Program-made: the position numbers and the translations under genes | DNA from: a virus | Reading direction: 5' to 3' (one strand) | IMG/VR virus record: IMGVR_UViG_3300029319_009305 | Coordinates: 43,886-107,885 of that record | Length of the DNA stretch: 64,000 nt | The notes under the pieces: generated by a model | What the model was told of the DNA's origin: nothing | The model's database searches: none | Seen by the model: only the letters and a program-made list of their open reading frames with translations | In this document: positions 8,086-16,769 of the stretch, in pieces | Numbering within the stretch: the stretch's first letter is position 1 | Layout of the letters: each line of letters begins with the position of its first letter

Positions 8086-9255
8086 ATGTCAATATTTAAA
8101 GAACATAAATCTTCAGCTGATAGATCTGCAACTGATAGAAGGAGACATAAAGAAAAAATTGAGAAAGCAATAAAAGAAGGAATTCATGATATCGTAGCAG
8201 AAGAAAGTATAATTGGACAAAACGGTAAAAAAAGAATAAAAATACCAGTTAGGGGAATTAAAGAATACCAATTCATATATGGTAAAAACAATAAAAAAGT
8301 TGGGTCAGCTCAAGGTAAGGACATTTCAAAAGGTCAAAAAATAGGTAAGGGTAAGAAAAAATCTGCTCAAGGACAACCAGACAAACCTGGTAATACGGCT
8401 GGAGAAGAATTTTATGAAGTTGATATAACACTCGATGAATTAGCAAAGTATTTATTTGATGATTTGAATTTACCTGAGTTAGAAAAGAAATCATTTCCCA
8501 ACATATTTTCTGAAACTGTTAAGCGGAAAGGTTATAGAAAGGAAGGAATTAGACCTAGACTTTCAAAAAAAGAAACTTTAAAGAGAAAGATTAGAAGAAA
8601 AAAAGCTGCAATATTAAACGGTACTTATGAAAATGAAAGTGGTGAAAGGTTTCCATTTCACAAAGATGATCTCAAGTATAAACACATAGAAGTGACACAG
8701 AAAAATGTTACAAATGCAACCATATTTTTTATAATGGATACATCTGGATCGATGAGTAAAAGTAAAAAATTCAAAGCTAGATCCTTTTTCTTTCTCCTAT
8801 ATCAGTTTATTAGATATCGTTATGATAAGACTGAAATTGTTTTTATATCTCATACAACCGAAGCTAAAGAAACTAATGAAAAAGAATTTTTTGAAAGAGG
8901 GTCTAGTGGTGGAACTTACTTAAGCTCTGGGTTGAGCAAAGCTTTAGAAATTATTGATAAGCGATATCCATCTAATAGTTGGAACATATACGCTTTCCAT
9001 TGTTCAGATGGAGATAATTGGAGTGAAGATAACGACAAGGCAATTAATTTAACAATTAAATTAAGAGACTTAAGTCAATTGTATAGTTATATAGAGATAA
9101 CTGACGGTAGAAAGGGTTCTGCCGGTTGGGGAGAACCAATGTCCTCGATTTATAAGAATTTGCAAAATAAATTTTTTAAGATTGTTGAGATAGACAATAA
9201 AGAAGATATATGGCCACAATTTAGAAAACTTTTCGGGAATTATAAAAATGAGTGA
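8086..9255 (+). CDS. yhbH: YeaH/YhbH (DUF444) vWA-domain protein
   Basis: DRRRHKEK N-terminus, MDTSGSM MIDAS, SGGT, YAFHCSDGDNW. Confidence 0.9.
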   Translation: MSIFKEHKSSADRSATDRRRHKEKIEKAIKEGIHDIVAEESIIGQNGKKRIKIPVRGIKEYQFIYGKNNKKVGSAQGKDISKGQKIGKGKKKSAQGQPDKPGNTAGEEFYEVDITLDELAKYLFDDLNLPELEKKSFPNIFSETVKRKGYRKEGIRPRLSKKETLKRKIRRKKAAILNGTYENESGERFPFHKDDLKYKHIEVTQKNVTNATIFFIMDTSGSMSKSKKFKARSFFFLLYQFIRYRYDKTEIVFISHTTEAKETNEKEFFERGSSGGTYLSSGLSKALEIIDKRYPSNSWNIYAFHCSDGDNWSEDNDKAINLTIKLRDLSQLYSYIEITDGRKGSAGWGEPMSSIYKNLQNKFFKIVEIDNKEDIWPQFRKLFGNYKNE

Positions 9256-10594
9256 CGACAACTGGAATTTTGACGATTTAAAACGCTGGGATGATATTAT
9301 TTGTCAAAAAGCAGAATCTTTCGGTTTGGACTGGCATCCAATTAATTATGAAATATGTGATTATTTCGAAATGATTGGACACATGTCGTATCACGGCATG
9401 CCTAGCCATTACAATCACTGGAGTTATGGAAAATCTTTTGAAGTTACTCACCAGAGATATAATGCAGGTATGTCAGGTCTACCTTATGAGTTGATAATTA
9501 ATTCTAATCCTTCAATTGCTTATCTTATGAGGGAGAATCCGTTATATTTGCAAATTTTAATAATGGCACATTGTGTAGGACACAGTGACTTTTTTAAAAA
9601 TAATAGAACTTTTCGAAAAACCGGACCTGAAACAATTGTTTCTAAAATGAGAAATGCAAAAAGACGAATATTTGAATATTCAGAAGATCAAATGATAGGA
9701 AAGGACAAAGTTGAGAATTTTTTAGACGCTTTACATTCTGTAAGATTTCAAACAGAAAGATATGAATTACCTAGACTGACACCTAGAGAAAAGCAAAAGA
9801 ATTTCATAGATAAAATAAATAATTCAAAATTGTTAAAAAATGCTGATCCTGACAAAAGAAAAAGATATGAAAGATTGGTGGGGAAAAAATGGTTAATTGG
9901 AAACGATTATGACTTATTAGGATTCTTTTTAGACTATGGTGATTTTGATGACTGGCAGTTAGATTTGATCAATATAGTTAGGGATGAATCACACTATTTT
10001 ATACCTCAAATAAAAACAAAAATACTAAATGAGGGTTGGGCATCATTTTGGCATTATAAGATTTTACATGAATTAGAATTGCCTCAAAAATATCACATAC
10101 CTTTTTTGAAAATGCACAATGCAGTAGTCAGACCTCACATAGGTGGGGTCAATCCTTATCATTTGGGTTTTTATTTGTTTCAAAAGATAGAAAGGGAAAT
10201 GGGATTAGAAGAATGCTTTTTCATTAGAGAAGTTCATGATGATGCATCAGCATTAAGAGCTTACTTAGACGAAGAAGATATGGTAGAGTTAAACTTTTTC
10301 GAGCACCAAAGAGATCAAAAAACAGGAGATACATTTATAACAGAAGTATCAGATAAGGATGGTTGGAAAAAAGTAAAACAAGAATTAATAAGAAATACAG
10401 GAGTAGCTAGTATTCCGCTAATATATGTGTCTGAAGTTAATAAAAAATTAAATTTGTTAGAATTAAAACACGAACACGATGGAAGAGACTTAGAGCTAAA
10501 CTATGCTGAGGAAGTCGTTAAAAACATTAAACATATATGGGACGGTGAAGTAAAACTATTTACTGTAATTGAAGAAGAAATATGGGAAATTTAA
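9248..10594 (+). CDS. spoVR: SpoVR/YcgB family protein
   Basis: GMPSHYNHWSYGK, YELIINSNP, AHCVGHSDFFKNN, TKILNEGWASFWH, NPYHLG. Confidence 0.92.
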   Translation: MSDDNWNFDDLKRWDDIICQKAESFGLDWHPINYEICDYFEMIGHMSYHGMPSHYNHWSYGKSFEVTHQRYNAGMSGLPYELIINSNPSIAYLMRENPLYLQILIMAHCVGHSDFFKNNRTFRKTGPETIVSKMRNAKRRIFEYSEDQMIGKDKVENFLDALHSVRFQTERYELPRLTPREKQKNFIDKINNSKLLKNADPDKRKRYERLVGKKWLIGNDYDLLGFFLDYGDFDDWQLDLINIVRDESHYFIPQIKTKILNEGWASFWHYKILHELELPQKYHIPFLKMHNAVVRPHIGGVNPYHLGFYLFQKIEREMGLEECFFIREVHDDASALRAYLDEEDMVELNFFEHQRDQKTGDTFITEVSDKDGWKKVKQELIRNTGVASIPLIYVSEVNKKLNLLELKHEHDGRDLELNYAEEVVKNIKHIWDGEVKLFTVIEEEIWEI

Positions 10595-10606
10595 AAGGGA
10601 GAACCA

Positions 10607-12541
10607 ATGTCACAAAAAAAATTCCTTGAACTTATATCAAAACAAAGACGTAAGAACAAAAAAGAAAAATTCAAAGGTACGTTTCTTGAATACTTAGAGG
10701 TTGTACAAGATAAACCAACAACAATAAAATTGGCTCATAAGCGATTGTATGATGTAATCAATAATCAAGGTATGAAAACAGTAGATGTTGGTGACGAAGA
10801 TTATAGGCCATATTTTAACGGTGAAAAACTTAGAAAATTTCAATATTTTGAAAAAGAATTTTTTGGGATGGAAACTGTTATTCATAAATTAATGCAGTAT
10901 TTAAAATCAGCTGCTTTAAAAGGTGAGGAAAGTAGACAAGTTTTACTTTTAATGGGCCCAGTAGGCGCAGGTAAGTCTGCACTTATAGAACATGTTAAGC
11001 AGTCATTAGAAATGACTGATCGAATCTATCATTTAGATGGGTGTCCCATAAGAGAAGAACCTCTTCATTTAATACCTAGAAGTTTAAGACCTCAATTTGA
11101 AGAAATGCTAGGTATACACATTGAGGGAGATTTATGTCCTGTTTGCAGGCATAGACTCATGGAAGAGTTTAATGGAGAATATGAAAACTTTCCTGTTACA
11201 CAAAGCAGCTTTTCTCAAAGGGGAAGAAGAGGAATTGCTGTTGTTCCTCCCATGGACGCTAATTCTCAAGATGTTTCTGTTTTAATTGGTACAGAGGATA
11301 TATCTAAGCTTGATCTGTATCCAGAAGATGATCCAAGAGTTTTATCTTTAAATGGTGCTTTTAATGTAGGAAATAGAGGGATTGTAGAATTTGTAGAAGT
11401 TTTTAAGAATGAAATTGAATTTCTTCACACAATGTTAACAGCTACCCAGGAAAAGCGTGTACCTTCACCTGGAAAAAATGATATGCTTTATTTTGACGGT
11501 GTGTTGTTAACACACTGTAACGAATCAGAATGGAACAGATTCAAGGGTGAGCATACAAATGAGGCAATTTTAGATAGGGTTTTGAAAATTAACGTGCCGT
11601 ATGTTTTAGAGTTAGATCAGGAAATGAAAATTTATGAAAAAATGATTAATAGGTCAGACTTTAAATCAGCACATATCGCACCACATACTTTGAAAATTGC
11701 TTCAATGTTTTCTGTTATGAGTAGGTTTATTCCATCCTCAAAATGTGATTTATTGACAAAGATGAAAATCTACAATGGCGAATCAATAATTGAAAAAGGT
11801 AGGGTTAAAAAAATAGATATTAAAGATTTAAGAGCTGAAGCGCGTAACGAGGGAATGGAAGGCATATCCACAAGATTTATTACAAAATCTCTGGATAGGG
11901 CTTTAAGCGATTCAGATAAGAATATGATTACACCAATTAATGCTATCGATAGTTTAGTTAAGCAAGTAAAAGAACAAATAATCGATGACGATGCAAGAGA
12001 ACGCTACTTAGAAATCTTGCAAGATATAATTCGTGAAGAATATTTAAGAATTCTTGAAACAGAAATTGCAAAAGCTTTCATAGCAGCTTACGAGGAACAA
12101 GCACAGAGTTTATTTGATTCATACTTAGACAATGCTGAATGTTATACTACTAGAACAAAAGTTAAGGATAGAATTACAAGAGAAGAAAGAGAACCTGATG
12201 AAAAATTTATGAAGTCAATTGAAGAGATGATTGGTGTTGTAGGTTCTGCTAGGGATGGATTTAGAAACGATGTAACAGCTTATATGTTTGCAAAAATGAG
12301 AAAAGGGGAAAAGGTTGATTATTCAAGCTACGGACCGCTTAAAGAAGCAATCGAGCAATTTTTAATTACATCAGTTAAAGACATATCTAGAATTGTTACG
12401 AAGTCAAAAAGTAGAGATGACAAACAAAAAAGAAAGTATTCGAATATGATTAATACGCTTGTCGAAGATTATGGTTATACACCTGATAGTGCTGAGGAAA
12501 TATTGACTTACGCAGCTAATAATCTTTGGAGAGACAGTTAG
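10607..12541 (+). CDS. prkA: PrkA/YeaG AAA+ ATPase / serine protein kinase
   Basis: Walker A GPVGAGKS, CPIREEPL, NRGIVEFVEVFK, EGMEGISTRF. Confidence 0.92.
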   Translation: MSQKKFLELISKQRRKNKKEKFKGTFLEYLEVVQDKPTTIKLAHKRLYDVINNQGMKTVDVGDEDYRPYFNGEKLRKFQYFEKEFFGMETVIHKLMQYLKSAALKGEESRQVLLLMGPVGAGKSALIEHVKQSLEMTDRIYHLDGCPIREEPLHLIPRSLRPQFEEMLGIHIEGDLCPVCRHRLMEEFNGEYENFPVTQSSFSQRGRRGIAVVPPMDANSQDVSVLIGTEDISKLDLYPEDDPRVLSLNGAFNVGNRGIVEFVEVFKNEIEFLHTMLTATQEKRVPSPGKNDMLYFDGVLLTHCNESEWNRFKGEHTNEAILDRVLKINVPYVLELDQEMKIYEKMINRSDFKSAHIAPHTLKIASMFSVMSRFIPSSKCDLLTKMKIYNGESIIEKGRVKKIDIKDLRAEARNEGMEGISTRFITKSLDRALSDSDKNMITPINAIDSLVKQVKEQIIDDDARERYLEILQDIIREEYLRILETEIAKAFIAAYEEQAQSLFDSYLDNAECYTTRTKVKDRITREEREPDEKFMKSIEEMIGVVGSARDGFRNDVTAYMFAKMRKGEKVDYSSYGPLKEAIEQFLITSVKDISRIVTKSKSRDDKQKRKYSNMINTLVEDYGYTPDSAEEILTYAANNLWRDS

Positions 12542-12546
12542 GAAGA

Positions 12547-13839
12547 ATGAAAAATTTTGTTAACATTGTTGATGAAAAAAATTTAAGAATAAAAACTTTT
12601 TCCTCGTTGTCACACTTTAGAAATAAAATAAAAGATAACGATATCATATACACAAATAATTTTAAGACTAAAAAAAATTATCTTAATTTTATTAATCAAT
12701 ATTTTGGAAACTACTTTGATACAACTGTAAAACATTTAATTGTTGGAGAATTATGGTTGATTGAAAGTTTTGCGCCAGGTTTAGGTGATGTGTTTCTTGA
12801 TTATTTGACAGAATATTTTGAAAAACATTCTGATCATGATGCTAAAAAAAGTGAATTAGTTTTAAAAGATTTTTTAAATGAAAAGTTGTCTAATTTTAGT
12901 AGTAAAGTCTATAGACTTAACAAGAAAGACTTGAACGATTATGTGAGTTATATATCAAGTAGTACTATTAAAGACATAGCAAAAACAGTCATACAGAAGT
13001 CAGAAGTTAATGATTCTATTATTGTTGAAGATTCTTTTAGAAGTTATTCGACTGTTAAAAAAACTAATGAACTGTTTTTTAAATTAGAATTTGATAGTGA
13101 ATTTATTTTATCCAACACTTGGAATGCTGAAGATTATCGATATATTATTATCGATGGGTTTATTGACAGCGTAGGTGAAATTCATCATTTACTACAAAAA
13201 GCATCAGAGGATAAAGAACCTTACGTTATTTTTTGCAAAGGTATGAGAGAGGAAGTTAAACATACAATACTCTACAATTTAAAAAGAAACACAATAAATG
13301 TAATGCCTATTTGTTTGAAAACAAATGAAGAAAATGTTAATGCATTAAACGATATAGCATCTTGTCACGATGGTAAGATAATAAGTGCTTTACACGGCGA
13401 TACAATATCTTCTGCTGTAAAAAGAGAATTGATGGTAGGTAGGAAAATTTCTGTAAAAAAGACAGGATTTACGATTCATTGCATGAATGAAAAAACAAAA
13501 AATATTCAAATTGGATTTTTGAAGATGAAATTAAAAAACCTGACAGAGAAAGATCCAAATTATTCCTTTATTCAGAAAAGAATAAAAAATTTAAATTCAA
13601 AAAAAATTATGATCTCTTTGGCTAAAAATATTAGCAAGAATGAAAAAATTGAGTTGGACGGATTTTTAAAGTTTGTGATGAATGCAAAATCAGGAACAGT
13701 TAAAATGTTAAACAAAAATAAATCTGGCACAAAAAGAGGGATTTACAGTATTCGTGAGTTGAATATACTCTTTACGAAGCTAGAAGCAGTTATTAGAACG
13801 ATTGATAGCTTAGGATGCATAGTATATCAGGAGAGATGA
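12547..13839 (+). CDS. degenerate GroEL/Cpn60-like protein
   Basis: Central region resembles the GroEL apical domain (IIIDGFIDSVGEIHHLLQKASEDKEPYVIFCKGMREEV...LNDIA...GKIIS); no GDGTTT or GPKG motif. Confidence 0.6.
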   Translation: MKNFVNIVDEKNLRIKTFSSLSHFRNKIKDNDIIYTNNFKTKKNYLNFINQYFGNYFDTTVKHLIVGELWLIESFAPGLGDVFLDYLTEYFEKHSDHDAKKSELVLKDFLNEKLSNFSSKVYRLNKKDLNDYVSYISSSTIKDIAKTVIQKSEVNDSIIVEDSFRSYSTVKKTNELFFKLEFDSEFILSNTWNAEDYRYIIIDGFIDSVGEIHHLLQKASEDKEPYVIFCKGMREEVKHTILYNLKRNTINVMPICLKTNEENVNALNDIASCHDGKIISALHGDTISSAVKRELMVGRKISVKKTGFTIHCMNEKTKNIQIGFLKMKLKNLTEKDPNYSFIQKRIKNLNSKKIMISLAKNISKNEKIELDGFLKFVMNAKSGTVKMLNKNKSGTKRGIYSIRELNILFTKLEAVIRTIDSLGCIVYQER

Positions 13840-13841
13840 TT

Positions 13842-14063
13842 ATGGCAACGAAAAAAAATTTAGAGAGTAAAGTAACAACATCTGTAAAAGATTTGGTGGA
13901 TTTTATTAAAATGCAGGCTAAAAATAACATTGTTGAGCAAACAAGGGACTTAGGTGTAGAAAAAAACGATTTGCAAAAAATATGCCGAATTGTTGATATG
14001 AGCATAACAGCATCTTTTTTGCAAGGTATTGATAATGTTGTAAAACAAGTTACAAAAGACTGA
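13842..14063 (+). CDS. hypothetical protein
   Basis: SD AGGAG; translationally coupled. Confidence 0.65.
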   Translation: MATKKNLESKVTTSVKDLVDFIKMQAKNNIVEQTRDLGVEKNDLQKICRIVDMSITASFLQGIDNVVKQVTKD

Positions 14064-14557
14064 TGAACCGTGAAAATTGGGATAAAATTGGAATAAAGCA
14101 TTTGATAGAGTGTCATTGTACTTTAAAAATATACAAAGGTAGCGAAAATCATTTGTATCATAAATTCCCAGTTTATTCAAAATTTGACAATCAAACAAAT
14201 AAACTGATTGAAAAAATAGTCCCATGTAATAATTGTCAAACTTTACACAAAGTTTATGATGTTTGTAAATCCGATATTGTTAAAAGTGGAAAGGATGAAA
14301 ATAAGGCAGCAGTAAGCATTGAAGATATCTCTTTACAACTCCCCTATAAGATAAATAATGTTCTAGTAAAATATCAAAGTGATATATCTACTTGGGAACA
14401 AGTCTTAGATATTGTTGAGTGTGAGGCTTGGTCTTACAAAGTTGTCTTATCTCGAGAGTTAATAGAAGGTAAATACCACGTCAAAACTTTAGAAATATTA
14501 AGTGAAGATAAGATAAAAATAGAATCAAAAATAATTGAAGATGAAATAAAATTTTAG
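14063..14557 (+). CDS. putative Zn-binding protein
   Basis: CxC, H, CxxC, H and C ligands. Confidence 0.65.
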   Translation: MNRENWDKIGIKHLIECHCTLKIYKGSENHLYHKFPVYSKFDNQTNKLIEKIVPCNNCQTLHKVYDVCKSDIVKSGKDENKAAVSIEDISLQLPYKINNVLVKYQSDISTWEQVLDIVECEAWSYKVVLSRELIEGKYHVKTLEILSEDKIKIESKIIEDEIKF

Positions 14558-14567
14558 GAGGAGCGTA

Positions 14568-14849
14568 ATGCCAGAAAAAATTGGAGAAACAGAAGCTGAA
14601 TTAGAAGCATCACAATTAGTAGAGTGCAGACAAATAGTTAGAAACGTAATTAATTTTGGTGTCACAGAAAAACAAAAAATTCATTTAATTTATCTTCTAT
14701 CCTTAGAATTAGAATCTAGAGATGCAATGAATATTATTGTAGATTCTGTTAAAAAAATAAAAAATCTTGACGAAGATATTAAATTTAGTTTAACACAGCA
14801 AGAAAATGATTATAATAATAATCAAAAGCCAAAGCTTTTGGAAATATAA
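14568..14849 (+). CDS. hypothetical protein
   Basis: SD AGGAGG. Confidence 0.7.
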   Translation: MPEKIGETEAELEASQLVECRQIVRNVINFGVTEKQKIHLIYLLSLELESRDAMNIIVDSVKKIKNLDEDIKFSLTQQENDYNNNQKPKLLEI

Positions 14850-14870
14850 AAATAACTTAATGGAGGAAGC

Positions 14871-15068
14871 ATGTCCAGTCGACAAACAGATTTATTAACA
14901 AAATGGGAAGAACTTAAAGTTCTAATTGAGTCTCTTGAACAAGATATTCATAAAAACGTTAGCGGTAATAAGTCAGCAGGTGTTAGAGCTAGAAAAGGTC
15001 TTAGACTAGTGAAGACAAACGCCAGTGAAATTGTTAAAGTTTCGCTAGCTGCAGACAAAGAAAGCTAA
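14871..15068 (+). CDS. histone H1-like (Hc1-family) small DNA-binding protein
   Basis: GNKSAGVRARK signature. Confidence 0.7.
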   Translation: MSSRQTDLLTKWEELKVLIESLEQDIHKNVSGNKSAGVRARKGLRLVKTNASEIVKVSLAADKES

Positions 15069-15089
15069 AAAATTATTTTTATTTATTTT

Positions 15090-15323
15090 TTAAGAGAGTA
15101 CATTTTGTACTCTTTTTTTTATCTTTTTTATGATGTTCTTTTCTATTTGACAAACTCTCATTCGTGTTATGCTGTATAACTCCCCTATGTCTTGTAAAGT
15201 TTTAGGTCCATTATTAGCACAATTAATAACACAATTTTGATTATCTTTAATTTTTAACCAATATCTGCATGATTTTTTGTTACATAATTTATCATTATTG
15301 GCATAGTATTCGTAGCACTTCAT
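15090..15323 (-). CDS. stand-alone sigma-70 region 4 HTH protein with Cys-rich N-terminus
   Basis: TLQDIGELYSITRMRVCQIEK matches the sigma4 HTH pattern; start at 15323 or 15341. Confidence 0.7.
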   Translation of the reverse strand: MKCYEYYANNDKLCNKKSCRYWLKIKDNQNCVINCANNGPKTLQDIGELYSITRMRVCQIEKNIIKKIKKRVQNVLS

Positions 15324-15399
15324 AATTATTAACGTCTCCATTTCAACTAATTAATGTTTATTATAACGAGACAATCTAAAATTAACAATTGGAGTTAAA

Positions 15400-16713
15400 G
15401 TGAGAAAATTATTTATTGTTGACACGTCTGTTCTTTTGTACGATAAGAGCTCAATACATTCATTCCCAGAAATTGATATTGTAGTGCCATTAGTTGCCTT
15501 AGATGAACTTGATAGGTTTAAAGAAAAAAAAGGTGTGACAGGAGAATCTGCACGATATGTCAATAGATTTTTAGATGAATTAAGAAAACTTGGTAGTTTA
15601 CATGAAGGGGTAGAATTAGAAAACGGTCAAACAATCAGAGTTGCTTTAGAAGGTTACAATAGTGTTCCTGAAGGCTTAAATGGTGATGATGCAGATAACA
15701 AAATGATATCGTTAGCTTTGGTGCTATCTAAAAGCCAAGAACAACCAATTACCTTGATCACAAAAGATATTAACTTCAGAGTTAAGTGTGATGCTTTAGG
15801 GATTAATTCTGAAGACTACTACAAGGACAAAGTAATTGATTTTGAAGATGAATCGTACAAAGGCTTTGTTGAGTTAAAAATAGATCCTGAACATGATCAC
15901 TTGATTGATTCTTTCTACGACGACGAGGATATTCTAGAAGATTTTGAAGATTTACTTGGGCGCAAACTTTTTCCTAATGAGTTCTTGACTGTAAAGTCTG
16001 GTAAAAGTAGATCTATGATTGCTTGTAAGAGAAATAATAGATTAAGCAAGGTCAAAGAGACTGGTCAACTTGAAGATTTTATGGGCATTAAACCTAGAAA
16101 TAGAGAGCAGCTATTTGCTTTAGACTTGCTTACAAATGATGATGTACCTTTAATATCATTGACAGGAATAGCAGGATCAGGAAAGACTTTTCTTACACTT
16201 ATGGCAGGTTTAGATGGTTTAAATAAGAAAAGGTATAAAAGAATTGTAATAACTAGAAATATTCAACCTGTTGGTAGAGATATTGGGTTTTTACCAGGAG
16301 ATGCAAATGAAAAAATGCTACCTTGGATTGCACCAATTATGGATAATTTCAGGCAAGGCACTAAAGACGAAGACATGTCTTATTTTGAAATTATGAGAAA
16401 AACAGGAAAGATCGAAATAGCACCGCTAGCTTTTATGCGAGGAAGAACATTCTCAGACACATTTCTAATAATTGATGAGTCACAGAATAGCACTATTCAT
16501 GAGTTAAAGACAGTTATAACAAGAATTGGTGAGAATTCAAAAATTGTTCTATTAGGAGATACAGATCAAATTGATACTCCCTATATAGACTCGCTGTCGA
16601 ATGGTTTAACAATAGTAGGAGAGAAATTTAAAAATCAAGAAATGGCTGGGCACATACAGCTTCAAAAAGGTGAAAGATCACCTCTATCTTTTTTGGCTTC
16701 TAAAATTTTATAA
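15400..16713 (+). CDS. phoH: PIN-domain PhoH-family ATPase (PhoH2-like)
   Basis: PIN motifs VDTSVLL, LDELD, ITKDINFR; GIAGSGKT, GFLPG, MRGRTF, IIDESQN, GDTDQID. Confidence 0.92.
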   Translation: MRKLFIVDTSVLLYDKSSIHSFPEIDIVVPLVALDELDRFKEKKGVTGESARYVNRFLDELRKLGSLHEGVELENGQTIRVALEGYNSVPEGLNGDDADNKMISLALVLSKSQEQPITLITKDINFRVKCDALGINSEDYYKDKVIDFEDESYKGFVELKIDPEHDHLIDSFYDDEDILEDFEDLLGRKLFPNEFLTVKSGKSRSMIACKRNNRLSKVKETGQLEDFMGIKPRNREQLFALDLLTNDDVPLISLTGIAGSGKTFLTLMAGLDGLNKKRYKRIVITRNIQPVGRDIGFLPGDANEKMLPWIAPIMDNFRQGTKDEDMSYFEIMRKTGKIEIAPLAFMRGRTFSDTFLIIDESQNSTIHELKTVITRIGENSKIVLLGDTDQIDTPYIDSLSNGLTIVGEKFKNQEMAGHIQLQKGERSPLSFLASKIL

Positions 16714-16769
16714 TTAATTTAGTTTTATATAACACCTTTATTGGGTATAATCACTCAAGAGAGGTATTT

